Shown: positions 27,592 to 38,510 of the stretch, in pieces | Layout of the letters: each line of letters opens with the position of its first letter | How positions within the stretch are numbered: position 1 is the stretch's first letter | NCBI GenBank assembly: GCA_009996675.1 | Contig: JAACZQ010000005.1 | Span: 7,948 to 71,947, forward strand | From: Chitinophagaceae bacterium | GTDB taxonomy: Bacteria; Bacteroidota; Bacteroidia; Chitinophagales; Chitinophagaceae | Reading direction: 5' to 3' | Length of the DNA stretch: 64,000 bases | Notes under the pieces: generated by a model | Database searches by the model: none | Told to the model about the DNA's origin: nothing | Seen by the model: only the letters and a program-made list of their open reading frames with translations | Translations under genes and position numbers: made by a program

Positions 27592-28431
27592 ATGCCCAGC
27601 CAACCCAAAATACCCATTGATGTTGTTCACCTCTTACCGGTGCTGGACAGACATTTGATTGATTTATTGAAATCTATTCCCCCCGATGCATGGCAAACGC
27701 CCACCATCGCCAAACAATGGCGGGTTAAAGACATAGCCGCTCATTTGCTCGATGGAAATATCAGAACCCTTTCTATCCTGCGCGATCAGCATTTTGGCGA
27801 AAGTCCGGATATCCAGTCCTACCAGGACCTGGTTGATTTTCTCAACAGGCTCAATGCCGACTGGGTGAAAGCCATGAAACGGGTAAGCCCGGAAATGATA
27901 TTGCTGCTGCTGGAATTCACCGGCAAACCCTTTTGCGACTACTTTGCTTCTATAGACCCTTTTGAGAAATCGCTCTTCGCGGTGGATTGGGCCGGGGAGA
28001 AAGAAAGCCTGAACTGGATGGAAATCGCAAGAGAGTACACAGAAAAATGGTTACACCAGCAACAGATCAGGGATGCACTGCAGATCCCGGGATTAATGAC
28101 CCGTGAATTATTTCATCCCTTCATCAGCATTTTCATGCTGGCCCTGCCACATACTTTCCGGAATATTGATGCAGCGGAACAAACACTGGTGAAAATCAAT
28201 ATCACCACCGATATTGGCGGTAGCTGGTTTTTGATCCGACAAAACAATAAATGGGCCCCGATTACCGACCCAATACCCCAACCTGCCACCGAGCTATCCA
28301 TTGATCCGGATACAGCCTGGAAATTATTCTCAAAAAGCCTGCGTCCCGAGCAAGTTATGGATCGTGTAATCATTACGGGCAATCGCTTATTGGGTGAAAC
28401 AGCATTGGGAATGGTTTCGGTCATGGCCTGA
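27592..28431 (+). CDS. Maleylpyruvate isomerase N-terminal (DinB-like) domain protein
   Basis: WQTPTIAKQWRVKDIAAHLLD and EKWLHQQQIRDAL motifs; C-terminal SCP2-like segment; start taken at MPSQP. Confidence 0.8.
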   Translation: MPSQPKIPIDVVHLLPVLDRHLIDLLKSIPPDAWQTPTIAKQWRVKDIAAHLLDGNIRTLSILRDQHFGESPDIQSYQDLVDFLNRLNADWVKAMKRVSPEMILLLLEFTGKPFCDYFASIDPFEKSLFAVDWAGEKESLNWMEIAREYTEKWLHQQQIRDALQIPGLMTRELFHPFISIFMLALPHTFRNIDAAEQTLVKINITTDIGGSWFLIRQNNKWAPITDPIPQPATELSIDPDTAWKLFSKSLRPEQVMDRVIITGNRLLGETALGMVSVMA

Positions 28432-28543
28432 TATTCCCGGTATCCCAGAGGTATTATTACTATATGCATCTGCCAATCCGCCATCACTGCTAAAAGCATT
28501 AATTTTATCGGGTCAGTCATTCCTTCACTTAATCTGTTTTATT

Positions 28544-28957
28544 ATGTGGTGGTTATATGCATTACTCTCAGCCTTATTTGCATCGCTTACTGCCATTACA
28601 GCCAAAATGGGCATTGCCGGCGTAAACAGCAATCTTGCAACAGCTATCAGAACCCTGGTTGTTTTACTGGTTGCCTGGATGATTGTTTTAACCCGCGGAG
28701 AAGCAAAGGGCATCAGCACCCTGTCCAAACAAAACCTGGTTTTTCTTGTGGTATCCGGCATCTGCACCGGGCTATCCTGGATTTTTTATTTCAAGGCCCT
28801 GCAAGTAGGCAAAGTATCGCAGGTGGCCCCGGTTGATAAACTCAGCCTGGCGCTAACCATTCTTTTATCCGTAGTAATATTGGGAGAAGCGCTCACCCTG
28901 AAAACAGCACTGGGCGCCCTGCTCATTATTGCCGGAAGTCTCGTGCTCATCCTGTAA
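28544..28957 (+). CDS. EamA/DMT family transporter (single repeat)
   Basis: MWWLYALLSALFASLTAITAK...YFKALQVGKVSQVAPVDKLS. Confidence 0.9.
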   Translation: MWWLYALLSALFASLTAITAKMGIAGVNSNLATAIRTLVVLLVAWMIVLTRGEAKGISTLSKQNLVFLVVSGICTGLSWIFYFKALQVGKVSQVAPVDKLSLALTILLSVVILGEALTLKTALGALLIIAGSLVLIL

Positions 28958-28966
28958 ACAACAGCT

Positions 28967-29593
28967 TTATTCCGCCTTGCCCAGAAAACGCTTCAGCGCA
29001 TGGATCAGTATTTTTTCTTCCTGTGGCACTGCTTCATACGATTCCGGCACAACAACCGATACCCCCTGACCCGCATCCGGTTTTTTTAACTCAGCAACCC
29101 GGGAAAACTGAGCAGCAATATCCCGTACCGGCGTTGGCCGGGTATGCACCAGTACAAACTGACCACCCGGCATTTCGGTAACCGTCATATCCGTACCCGA
29201 GTACCATTTACCGCTGAGGTATTCATCCTCCTTATCTTTTGAATAGCGCAATGAAAAGCGGGAAAGTGAATTACAGGTTTCATATACATAAGATCTGTTG
29301 GGATAATCAATCAGTTTATCCCGGAACAGATCAAACCGGGAACCATCGGCCGATATTTTAGCCGTAGCCGACTCCAGGCATTTATAGCTGTTCATCCTGG
29401 CAGAATCATTGATGGAATAAACACCATAAAGTTTTTTGTTCACTTCTACCAGATCAAGGTAGAAAAAGCGCTGGTAGGCTTTGCCGTTTTCAACAATGGA
29501 GATAAAACCCACCCAGCTGCCGGTGAGTTGCTGCGCCTGCGTTGGAAGAAAGAATGCACCCGTCAGCAGTACTATTAATAAATATCGTTTCAT
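28967..29593 (-). CDS. Hypothetical exported protein
   Basis: Signal peptide (..TQAQ), LTGSWVG beta-rich domain. Confidence 0.6.
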   Translation of the reverse strand: MKRYLLIVLLTGAFFLPTQAQQLTGSWVGFISIVENGKAYQRFFYLDLVEVNKKLYGVYSINDSARMNSYKCLESATAKISADGSRFDLFRDKLIDYPNRSYVYETCNSLSRFSLRYSKDKEDEYLSGKWYSGTDMTVTEMPGGQFVLVHTRPTPVRDIAAQFSRVAELKKPDAGQGVSVVVPESYEAVPQEEKILIHALKRFLGKAE

Positions 29594-29832
29594 GGTTTAG
29601 TTGTTATGCTACAATAAATGTACTGTTTCCCAAAATCTTTACCAACAATACCAGCTTCGCAAGAAAGAGGGATCAGAGAAACTGATCATCCTCAAATCGT
29701 TCTGTGCTAATCTGTGCATTCTGTGGCAATACTATTTGTTTGTCACACCACAAACCCCCAACTACCACTTATCCCAATATCCATTGCCTCGCCCACAACA
29801 ATTAATATTTTTGATGCTTAAACCCTGTGACC

Positions 29833-30285
29833 ATGTTTACAAATATCATTCAAGAAATACTTGTCCGCGACCTGGGCAAGCTGCGTGCAGAAATAGAAGC
29901 ATACCAGGATGAAAAAAATCTGTGGATTGTATCCGGGCAGGTTTCCAATTCAGCCGGTAACCTTTGTCTGCACCTGATGGGCAACCTGAACAATTATATT
30001 GGTAAAGAACTCGGCGGCACCAGCTATGTTCGCAACCGGCCGCTGGAATTTTCACAAAAAGATATTGCCCGAAATGAACTGCTGCAAATGATTGATCAGA
30101 CCATAATAGTAGTTAAAACATCTCTGGAACAGTTGGACCCAGCTGCACTGGAGCAAGATTATCCCGATCCCGTTTTTGGCTATACCGTCAGCACCGGACA
30201 TATGCTGGTACACCTGACCGCCCACCTGGCTTATCACCTCGGGCAAATCAATTACCACAGACGATTGCTGGACAAGACCAATTAA
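29833..30285 (+). CDS. DinB/DUF1572-family protein
   Basis: NSAGNLCLHLMGNL...RNRPLEF...HLAYHLGQINY His motifs. Confidence 0.88.
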   Translation: MFTNIIQEILVRDLGKLRAEIEAYQDEKNLWIVSGQVSNSAGNLCLHLMGNLNNYIGKELGGTSYVRNRPLEFSQKDIARNELLQMIDQTIIVVKTSLEQLDPAALEQDYPDPVFGYTVSTGHMLVHLTAHLAYHLGQINYHRRLLDKTN

Positions 30286-30288
30286 AAC

Positions 30289-30320
30289 AAAAGCCTCATA
30301 CAGTTTTGTATGAGGCTTTT
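30289..30320. terminator. Bidirectional terminator
   Basis: AAAAGCCTCATAC-agtttt-GTATGAGGCTTTT between convergent genes. Confidence 0.75.
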
Positions 30321-30340
30321 TTCTGGAAGCAACCGCGGCA

Positions 30341-31888
30341 TTAATACTTTGCCGGTTCGCCAGCCTTGGGTATGGTTTTGCGGATAAACTTCCGCAGGTT
30401 TTCATTACTACTCTCCAGGTCTTCCTTGCGCAGATACATCATGTGACCGCTGCGATAACCTTCCCAATGCATGCGGTCTTTGAGTTTACCGGCCGGATCC
30501 ATCTGCCACAAATTGTATTTGGCATTGAAATAATCACAGGCCCCATCGTAATAACCGGACTGCACCAATACATGCAGGTATGGATTCTCCGCCATGGCCA
30601 TACGCAGGTTTTCACCGGTACGGTCGTTGCTGCGATCCCAGGGGTTCACCGGACCGAATACATAATAACGCAGATCAGTTTTATATTTCAACTCTTCACG
30701 CAGGTACATATTAATGGCCGGTGTGAAGGAATGTTCCCAGGAAATGAGTTCGGCATTGTAGTCGGGCGATTCTCCGCCATTTTTCTTATCAATCCCCTTG
30801 TAGCGGGAATCCAGACGACCCACCGTAAATCCTTCTTCGCGCAGCAATTCTTTCCAGAACAGGGATGTGGACACATCCATATTCTGCTGCTCAATTACTT
30901 TTTCAGAAATACCGGAATAGCGGGCCATTTTACCCACCACTTCCTTGCGTTTGGCTTCATCAATATTCCAGCCTTTATTGATGGCAGGCAGCAATTCATT
31001 CATCGTAAATGCTTCCACTTCCGGCAGCATAGCAGTCAGGTCTTTTTTCTGCAGATCAGCGGGTAATTTTTTATGGTACCAGGCGGTTGCGGCATAATAG
31101 GGCAGGCGGAGCGCAGCGGCTTCGCGCGGACTTCTGTCAATGCCCAATGTGGTGGGTGATACCAGGATTACTCCGTTTAAAAAAATCCAATGCGTATTCT
31201 GCAGTTCCAGTGCCAGTCCCGATACACGGGTGGTACCATAGCTCTCCCCAATCAGGTATTTGGGAGAAGCCCAGCGGTTATAACGGGAAATAAACGTATT
31301 GATCCATTCCGCCAGGTATTCCACATCGGCCTTCACACCAAAGAAACGGGTCGTGGGAATATCCTTGCTCACCGGACGGGAGAAACCCGTATTCACCGGA
31401 TCTACATAAACGATATCGGCCACATCCAGCAAAGAATGCGGATTGTCTTTCAGTCCATACGGCTGCACGGGATAACCCTCATCATCCACATTCAGAATAC
31501 GCGGACCGGTGTAACCAATTTCCATCCACAAAGAAGCGGTACCCGGACCACCATTGAAAGAAATCACCAGGGGACGGGTAGCGCGGTCCTTAACATCGGT
31601 GCGCTCATAATAGGTGAAAAACACACCGGCTTCCACTTTGCCCTCGCGGTCCCAAACAGGCTGTGTTCCGGTAATGGCTTTGTAAGGCACTTTGGTTCCC
31701 TTAATGGTTACTTCGTGTTCGGTGGTAACCGTATTATCCGGATTAAAGGGAATATTATACACCACAGTTTTAGGATCGGGTGCACTGTTGCCGGTAGCTG
31801 TTGCGGGTGGCGTGTTGGCAGGAGGTCTTTGTGCCAGTAATCCCAGGCTGAAGCCAAGAGCCGCCAGGGAAAGCAAATAGTTTTTCAT
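30341..31888 (-). CDS. Serine carboxypeptidase, S10 family
   Basis: FNGGPG oxyanion motif, GESYG nucleophile, GYYD and SGHMMY; signal peptide. Confidence 0.9.
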   Translation of the reverse strand: MKNYLLSLAALGFSLGLLAQRPPANTPPATATGNSAPDPKTVVYNIPFNPDNTVTTEHEVTIKGTKVPYKAITGTQPVWDREGKVEAGVFFTYYERTDVKDRATRPLVISFNGGPGTASLWMEIGYTGPRILNVDDEGYPVQPYGLKDNPHSLLDVADIVYVDPVNTGFSRPVSKDIPTTRFFGVKADVEYLAEWINTFISRYNRWASPKYLIGESYGTTRVSGLALELQNTHWIFLNGVILVSPTTLGIDRSPREAAALRLPYYAATAWYHKKLPADLQKKDLTAMLPEVEAFTMNELLPAINKGWNIDEAKRKEVVGKMARYSGISEKVIEQQNMDVSTSLFWKELLREEGFTVGRLDSRYKGIDKKNGGESPDYNAELISWEHSFTPAINMYLREELKYKTDLRYYVFGPVNPWDRSNDRTGENLRMAMAENPYLHVLVQSGYYDGACDYFNAKYNLWQMDPAGKLKDRMHWEGYRSGHMMYLRKEDLESSNENLRKFIRKTIPKAGEPAKY

Positions 31889-31966
31889 GATAAGCAATCG
31901 TTGGTTAGAAGGAAACGAATATAGCCATTATGTATGAGGTCGTATGAGAGATTTTTAATGAGACGA

Positions 31967-32323
31967 CTAAGGCTTTTTCATCTCTTTTTTAGCCCATAAC
32001 GCCATGGCATTGATCACAGGAATCAATCCTTTTCCCGCTTTACTGAGTTTATAGGTAACATAGGGTGGCACTACGGGCTTCGATTCGCGAACAATTAATT
32101 CATCGGCTTCCAGTTGTTTGAGGTGTTGTATCAATACCTTTTCGGTAATCGCCGGAATAGCCCGCTTGAGTTCGCTGTAACGCTTATCTCCCGTAGAAAG
32201 ATGATAGAGAATTATAGGTTTCCAATACGCCCCGATTTTGTTCATCACAAAAGTAACCGGGCATAAAGCCATTGCGTACTGTTTGTTTTCCTGGATGGTT
32301 GAAGACGATTTAATAGCTGCCAT
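31967..32323 (-). CDS. HxlR-family winged-helix regulator
   Basis: CPVTFVMNKIGAYWKP...RYSELKRAIPAITEKVLIQHLKQLE...PPYVTYKLS; start taken at MAAIK. Confidence 0.9.
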   Translation of the reverse strand: MAAIKSSSTIQENKQYAMALCPVTFVMNKIGAYWKPIILYHLSTGDKRYSELKRAIPAITEKVLIQHLKQLEADELIVRESKPVVPPYVTYKLSKAGKGLIPVINAMALWAKKEMKKP

Positions 32324-32343
32324 GATACATACTTTGGGGTAAG

Positions 32344-32359
32344 TACTTGTATAAAAGTA
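32344..32359. promoter_or_regulatory. Putative HxlR operator
   Basis: TACTT-N6-AAGTA dyad with flanking GTAAGTAC direct repeats in the divergent hxlR/nmrA gap. Confidence 0.5.
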
Positions 32360-32402
32360 AGTACAAAGATAATTTTGTATTCGAAAAACAAAAAGATTAA
32401 TC

Positions 32403-33284
32403 ATGAAAATTACCATTACAGGCTCCCTGGGCAATATTGGACGCCCACTGACCATTTTATTAACCCAGGCAGGTCACGACGTAAGCGTTATCAGCAGCAA
32501 TGCGGGCCGTAAAGCTGAAATCGAATCGCTGGGCGCCACTGCATGGGTGGGTTCGGTGAGTGATTCGGACTTTCTGACCACCGCTTTCGCGGGTGCAGAC
32601 GCTGTATTTGCCATGACACCTCCCAATTTCGGTGGCAGCAATATTATCAATAATACCATCCTGGCCGGTAAAGCTATTGCCAGCGCCGTTCAGGCTGCCG
32701 GTGTTAAACGCGTGGTGATGTTAAGCAGCATTGGCGCCGATATTCCCGCCGGAACCGGTCCGATTGCAGCTTTGCACCAGATCGAGAAAATATACAACGA
32801 ACTGGAAAATGTATCCGTCAGCTTTTTGCGTGCCGGTTATTTCTATACCAATTTCCTGGGTATGACCGGTATGGTTGAACATGCAGGTATCCTGGGCGGT
32901 AACTACCCGGCATCTGTTGCGTTGCCTTTGGTTTATCCCGCCGATATCGCGTCGGTTGCAGCCGAAGCCCTGCAGCAAAAAATCACCGGCAATAATATTC
33001 TGTATGTAGTCAGCGAAGTACTCACCCCCGAAAAAGCCACAGCCATCCTGGGGAACGCTATTGGTAAACCCAACTTACCCTGGGTAAGCTTTACCGATGA
33101 ACAATCTGTTCAGGGAATGGTGCAGGCCGGTATGACAGAAGAAATGGCAGGTTTGTATACCGAAATGGGCGCTGGTTTCAGCAAGGGATTGATACAGGCC
33201 GATTATGAAAAACAAGGTTCTCCCGTTATTGGCAGCACCCCACTTGATCATTTTGCCAAAGAGGTTTTTGCAAAAGCATTTTAA
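32403..33284 (+). CDS. NmrA-like NAD(P)H-binding atypical SDR
   Basis: ITGSLGNIG Rossmann motif; VVMLSSIGA; LRAGYFYTN. Confidence 0.88.
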   Translation: MKITITGSLGNIGRPLTILLTQAGHDVSVISSNAGRKAEIESLGATAWVGSVSDSDFLTTAFAGADAVFAMTPPNFGGSNIINNTILAGKAIASAVQAAGVKRVVMLSSIGADIPAGTGPIAALHQIEKIYNELENVSVSFLRAGYFYTNFLGMTGMVEHAGILGGNYPASVALPLVYPADIASVAAEALQQKITGNNILYVVSEVLTPEKATAILGNAIGKPNLPWVSFTDEQSVQGMVQAGMTEEMAGLYTEMGAGFSKGLIQADYEKQGSPVIGSTPLDHFAKEVFAKAF

Positions 33285-33414
33285 GACCAGCTATTATCAG
33301 AACAATTGGATTGGCTCAGGTTCCAACAAAAAGCGGGGAGTAGACACTCCCCGCGCGTTCTGATTTTTATACTAACTAACAACTACTGATAACAGCAGTT
33401 ATCGGAAAGACATT

Positions 33415-36036
33415 TTATTGGCTCAACTGAGTAGCCTGCATACTTTCATCACGATTATTCTTTCGTTTGAAAAGCGACATATCCATTTGCCCGAAGCGGA
33501 ATGAGAAATTCAACCGGAACATAGGAGCATCATTCAGGCGCGCACTGTTCTGCAGGAAATAAGGGCTTTCGGAATATTGTTTATACCAACGCGTACGGAA
33601 CACATCGTTCACACTCAATGTAACAGACGCTGTATTGTTCTTCAGGAAACTCTTCTGCAAAGCAATATCCACACCCCAGTTGGCTTTGATATATCCCTGT
33701 GCGGAACTTTGACTGCCACCCATGGGCGGACCACCCGGCGCCATGCCATTACCCTGACTAACCGGCAGATTGGTCTTTGACTGGTAGGTTCCAGACAATT
33801 GCAGCTTGAAATTAGACGGCAGCTTATAACTATTATTCAATTTCGCAAACCAGCTCCACATGGCAGGCTGAGAAGCAGCAGCCAGGTTATGGGTATTGAT
33901 TTTTGAATTATAGAAATTGATATTCCCATTCAGGTCCCACCACTTGGTAACCGTGTTTTGTGTGGTCAGTTCCAATCCCAGTGAACGGCTTGAATTGGCA
34001 TTTACATAGGTTGTAATGGGACGCTTCGCGGTACCCGACAGCGATACGGTATCGAGGTATTGTGTAATGAGATCGGTGGTATATTTATAATATACTGAAG
34101 CCATGAAAGTGTTGTTCCCGTTATAGGTTTTGGTATAAGACGCTTCCAGTGACTGTGTAAACTCCGGCTTCAACCCCGGATTTCCCTTTGTCCAGTTAAG
34201 CTGGTTGGTTGAATCTATAAACGGAATCAACTGCATAAAGAAGGGCCTGTTGATCCGGCGCGTGTAGCTCATTTGTATTTCCTGGCGATTCTTTAGTTTC
34301 TGACTCAGGAACACCGAAGGAAAAAGGCTGATGGGGTATTTATTGGTAAAAGACTGATTGGCATCCGGCAATTCTCCCTTGTAATAAGAACTTTCCATGC
34401 GCAGCCCCAACTGGTAACCAAAGTCTTTAATGCTGTTACTGTAGGTGGTATACGCTGCATATACATTATCATTGTTGCGATAGTTGCTGGCGGCCGAAGC
34501 GCTCTTGATCCAGGTATTGGTGGCATTGTTGAAGAAATAATTCGCCTGGCTGTTTTTCATTGTCCGTAATTGCACACGCACACCTGCTTCCAATTTACCG
34601 GTTTCGCCCAAGGGATTTACATAATCGCTTTGCATCGTCAGGAAGCTATTACTGCCATCACCCATGATCTGCTGCTGTATATTGCCCTTGTAAGTACCTC
34701 CGGGTGTTTGATAGAGATTTGTATTATAAAAAGCACTACCGTTGTTTTTACCGGAGAACCAGTTCACATCGGCCGTGATCTCCTGTCCTTTTTTCGGGAA
34801 ATTATATTTAAATCCGCCCTGAACACCTCCTGCATTGAATGTTCTTTTGTTCTCGGTGTTTCTTTCGCTGTAGCTCAGGTAAGATCCGCCACTATACGCA
34901 CTATCGGTGAGCAGTACATCTTTGGGATTGAAATTGCCATGTACTTTAAATAAGCCCAACGAGAATGTGGTACGGTTTGTAGCAAAATAATCAAGGCCCA
35001 TGCGACCAAACAGGAAGCCGCCATTCATACGGTTATTACTGTGCTGATTGACCAGCAGGTTGGGACTGCTCAATAAATTGGTGATTTCGGTATTCCCGGA
35101 ATTGCGGTTCTTCATCTGGTTGCCAAACGCACTTACGCTGAAATTGATTTTGTCCTGGCGAACACTGAAATTGGCGCCGCCATTCAACCCGCCCCGTTTA
35201 TCAACACCCGCCATAACCATACCATTGTATCCGCTTTTCTTGTTTTTCTTCAGCACAATATTCAGAATACCTGCATTACCACCGGAAGCGTCGTATTTGG
35301 CAGACGGGTTGGTAATCACTTCCACGCTTTCAATGGCATCGGCCGGAATCTGATCCAGCGACAATGTGGTCGGGCGCCCATCAATATAGATCTGAGGGGT
35401 AGCATTACGCAGTTTCACATTACCATCAATATCAACATTTACCGAAGGCACATTCTTCATCACATCAACAGCAGTACCACCGGCAGTAACAATATTCTGA
35501 CCCACGTTAAATACTTTCTTATCAATATCCATTTTCAGCCGGCTGGTGGTGGTGGTAACCACTACGGAATCCAGCATAGTGGCTTCGGGCTTGAGGGTGA
35601 TTTTACCCAGGTCTTTTTCAAAATTGGCGGCCAATGCACTCAGATCGGGCATACCGTTCGCACCAGCCTTGGGCGCACCACCGGCAGGCATTTTCATTTC
35701 AAAAGCAATCGGCTGACTCATGGGTGTATACCCAATGCCGGCAATGGACAACTTAAGGGGACCAAAAATGGGCAGGCCTTCAATATTAAAATCGCCGTTG
35801 GCCTGGCTGTTCACGCCTTTCAGCAACACATCTTTCATTTTCTTGGTTGCGGTATCCCATTTCGATTGCAGTACAATAACGGCAACATCACGGATACCCT
35901 TCCCGTCTTTATCAACCAGCTTACCAAAAACCCGGCCAATACTTGGCGGGGCTCCGGCCGGCGCCTGGGCTTCAATCCCAACAGATAATATCAGCAGGAC
36001 GGTTACAAGACTTACAGTTCTCAACAAATAGCTCAT
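33415..36036 (-). CDS. TonB-dependent outer-membrane receptor
   Basis: Carboxypeptidase-regulatory-like N-domain, plug (IESVEVITNPSAKYDASGGNAGILNIVLKK), beta-barrel, low-complexity linker. Confidence 0.88.
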   Translation of the reverse strand: MSYLLRTVSLVTVLLILSVGIEAQAPAGAPPSIGRVFGKLVDKDGKGIRDVAVIVLQSKWDTATKKMKDVLLKGVNSQANGDFNIEGLPIFGPLKLSIAGIGYTPMSQPIAFEMKMPAGGAPKAGANGMPDLSALAANFEKDLGKITLKPEATMLDSVVVTTTTSRLKMDIDKKVFNVGQNIVTAGGTAVDVMKNVPSVNVDIDGNVKLRNATPQIYIDGRPTTLSLDQIPADAIESVEVITNPSAKYDASGGNAGILNIVLKKNKKSGYNGMVMAGVDKRGGLNGGANFSVRQDKINFSVSAFGNQMKNRNSGNTEITNLLSSPNLLVNQHSNNRMNGGFLFGRMGLDYFATNRTTFSLGLFKVHGNFNPKDVLLTDSAYSGGSYLSYSERNTENKRTFNAGGVQGGFKYNFPKKGQEITADVNWFSGKNNGSAFYNTNLYQTPGGTYKGNIQQQIMGDGSNSFLTMQSDYVNPLGETGKLEAGVRVQLRTMKNSQANYFFNNATNTWIKSASAASNYRNNDNVYAAYTTYSNSIKDFGYQLGLRMESSYYKGELPDANQSFTNKYPISLFPSVFLSQKLKNRQEIQMSYTRRINRPFFMQLIPFIDSTNQLNWTKGNPGLKPEFTQSLEASYTKTYNGNNTFMASVYYKYTTDLITQYLDTVSLSGTAKRPITTYVNANSSRSLGLELTTQNTVTKWWDLNGNINFYNSKINTHNLAAASQPAMWSWFAKLNNSYKLPSNFKLQLSGTYQSKTNLPVSQGNGMAPGGPPMGGSQSSAQGYIKANWGVDIALQKSFLKNNTASVTLSVNDVFRTRWYKQYSESPYFLQNSARLNDAPMFRLNFSFRFGQMDMSLFKRKNNRDESMQATQLSQ

Positions 36037-36216
36037 GGTTTATAATTGTACCTGCAAAATTGAATTGTGCGCGCACAAACAGGAGAAAAATGCGACCATT
36101 ATTCCAAATAATGCGACGAATCGGCATCTGGTTGCCGTATAAACTGTTGGTCGCTGAAATTTGCCTGTTGGTCGCATGGGGGCCAACCGGCAATGCTTAT
36201 GTATTAACTTCATAGC

Positions 36217-37257
36217 ATGAATAAAGCCGGACCGATATCCCGTCAACGTATGGTGCTGCTGCACATCATCGGGTGGGCGCTACTGTTCAGCCTGCCTTTT
36301 CTCCTGAAACCCGATTTTAGTCAGTTCAAAACACAACTGATTGAACAGTACCGTACCGAGCTTACCATTTCCAATATCATAATCCGGATCTTATGGGTGG
36401 GTCTGTTTTACCTGAATACCCTGGTACTCATTCCACGCTATATTTATACCCGAAGTTATACACGGTATATCTTCTTATTGCTCGTCTGCATCATCGGAGT
36501 AGGGCTTGTGGATTTCTCACTGTTTTACTTTATGATGCCCCTCCTGGAATACATCCCCAAGAACTTTATTTTCTTCAACTTTTTCCCGCTGATGATGATG
36601 CTGGTGGCCAGTACCGCTTATCGTTTACTGATCGACCGTATGGAGGCCAAACAAAAGGAACAGGATATCCGGAATGAAAATTTACAGACCGAATTATCGC
36701 TGCTTCGTTCACAGGTGAGTCCGCATTTTATGTTCAATGTGCTGAACAATATGGTGGCCCTGGCCCGTAAGAAATCAGACAAGCTGGAAGGCTCCCTCAT
36801 ACAGCTTTCGCAGTTGCTGCGTTATATGTTGTACGAAACGGCACAAAAAGTAAGCCTGAAGCAGGAAGTAGAATACCTGCACAGTTATATTGAATTGCAG
36901 CAACAGCGTTTTGGCAATCTTGTACAAATAGATACCCGTTTTTCCATACAGCAGGACTCCCTGGGTATTGAGCCCATGTTGTTGATTCCGTTTGTTGAAA
37001 ATGCATTCAAGCATGGTACCGGTTTAATAGAAAATCCGTCTATTCATATAGAAGTCATCAACGAAGACCATCGACTGATCCTGTTGGTTGAAAACCAGTT
37101 TGAGCCCAATAGCCGGGAAGTGAAAGATGCTACCAGTGGTATTGGCCTGGAGAATGTAAAAAGAAGGCTGGCATTGCTGTATCCCGGGCAATACCAGCTG
37201 GAAATTGAGGCAAAAGATCATCTGTTCCGGGTTCGTCTTACCTTGCATTTAGCATGA
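36217..37257 (+). CDS. LytS/YehU-type sensor histidine kinase
   Basis: Four TMs; LRSQVSPHFMFNVLNN H-box; PFVENAFKHG; SGIGLENVKRRL. Confidence 0.92.
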   Translation: MNKAGPISRQRMVLLHIIGWALLFSLPFLLKPDFSQFKTQLIEQYRTELTISNIIIRILWVGLFYLNTLVLIPRYIYTRSYTRYIFLLLVCIIGVGLVDFSLFYFMMPLLEYIPKNFIFFNFFPLMMMLVASTAYRLLIDRMEAKQKEQDIRNENLQTELSLLRSQVSPHFMFNVLNNMVALARKKSDKLEGSLIQLSQLLRYMLYETAQKVSLKQEVEYLHSYIELQQQRFGNLVQIDTRFSIQQDSLGIEPMLLIPFVENAFKHGTGLIENPSIHIEVINEDHRLILLVENQFEPNSREVKDATSGIGLENVKRRLALLYPGQYQLEIEAKDHLFRVRLTLHLA

Positions 37258-37952
37258 AGCTCCGATGTATAGCCATAGATGATGAGCCGCTGGCGCTGGA
37301 ATTGCTGGAAGATAATATCCGGCAGGTTTCCTTTTTACGACTCGAAAAAGGTTTTAACAAACCGCTGGATGCGTTACAATATCTGCAGGAAAACGAAATC
37401 GATCTCGTATTCCTGGATATACAAATGCCAGGATTAACCGGATTGCAATTCATCCGCGCCTTACAACACAAGCCCCTGTTTATTTTCATTACGGCGTATG
37501 AGCAATTTGCCCTGCAGGGATATGAGCTGGATGTGGTAGATTATCTGCTCAAGCCTGTGAGTCCCGATCGTTTTATCCGGGCCTGTAACAAAGCGCGGGA
37601 AGTGCTGGGCAGTAAACAACCCGCCGGTAATAGCACTCGCGACTACCTGTTTGTACAGGCCGATTACCGCATGATCCGGGTAAATTTTAAAGATATCAGT
37701 TGGATTGAAGGGATGAAGGACTATGTGCGGTTTCACCTCGGGAATGGATTAAAGCCGGTGGTGTCGCGCATGAATATGAAAGAACTGGATGAACAGCTTC
37801 CACCCGAAGATTTTCTCCGTATCCATCGTTCTTATATTGTTTCCAAAAAAGCCATCAGCGCTGTGCAGAAACAAACTGTTTTCCTGCAGGAAACCGAACT
37901 GCCCGTTGGCGATAATTACCGTGATGCCGTAGCTGCCTTTGTAAAATCCTAA
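37254..37952 (+). CDS. LytTR response regulator
   Basis: IDDEPLA / FLDIQMPG receiver; FLRIHRSYIV LytTR motif. Confidence 0.94.
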   Translation: MKLRCIAIDDEPLALELLEDNIRQVSFLRLEKGFNKPLDALQYLQENEIDLVFLDIQMPGLTGLQFIRALQHKPLFIFITAYEQFALQGYELDVVDYLLKPVSPDRFIRACNKAREVLGSKQPAGNSTRDYLFVQADYRMIRVNFKDISWIEGMKDYVRFHLGNGLKPVVSRMNMKELDEQLPPEDFLRIHRSYIVSKKAISAVQKQTVFLQETELPVGDNYRDAVAAFVKS

Positions 37953-38222
37953 ACGGTGGGGACTCATTATCAACCACGCCCCCTTCTGAATCTCCGGGAG
38001 CGGCGAATAGTGGTTTACGGCCCTTGCTTACATAGCCCCAACCCCTTCCATGCGTTTTCAGACAGTAAATTTCCGGCTTCAGGCAATTAAACTTTGTGTC
38101 TTTTGTACACTCTAATATTATTGTAGTCAGAATCTTATTTTCTAGATTTCTGGTTTTAAAGCAAACGAGCGGGTAGTCTTGCCCGCTTTTTTTATGCAGA
38201 TGCCTGTCTGTCAATGCTTTAT

Positions 38223-38435
38223 CTATTCTGTGCCCGCCCAGCCATTCACCGCCGTTAAGACTTTACCCGCCTGTATACAAAGGATGTATAAACCCAGCAG
38301 CGACAAGGTTGCTTTCCACTGAACCTGACTTTGGGGCAGTTTCCGGTTCTTTCTGAAATGCGCATACAGGTCTTTCCCCTGCACCCATAACCCCAGTATA
38401 ACGACAACCATAATGAGAAGATTGAATACGATCAT
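38223..38435 (-). CDS. Possible small two-TM membrane protein (70 aa)
   Basis: MIVFNLLIMVVVILGLWV...TLSLLGLYILCI hydrophobic segments; no family recognised. Confidence 0.35.
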   Translation of the reverse strand: MIVFNLLIMVVVILGLWVQGKDLYAHFRKNRKLPQSQVQWKATLSLLGLYILCIQAGKVLTAVNGWAGTE

Positions 38436-38510
38436 GGTCAGATGGTTTATTAATACAATATATGGAATGTTGAGCAGAGATCCGTCGTCCTTTAAAGTCG
38501 TGACAACTAC

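Noticed and set aside
29701-29726. TCTGTG triplet repeat upstream of dinB
   Set aside because: Too short and single-copy in this window to support a separate element.
37953-38220. Possible degenerate att/tRNA remnant at the left edge of the defence island
   Set aside because: I could not align it convincingly to the tRNA-Phe 3' end or any tRNA.
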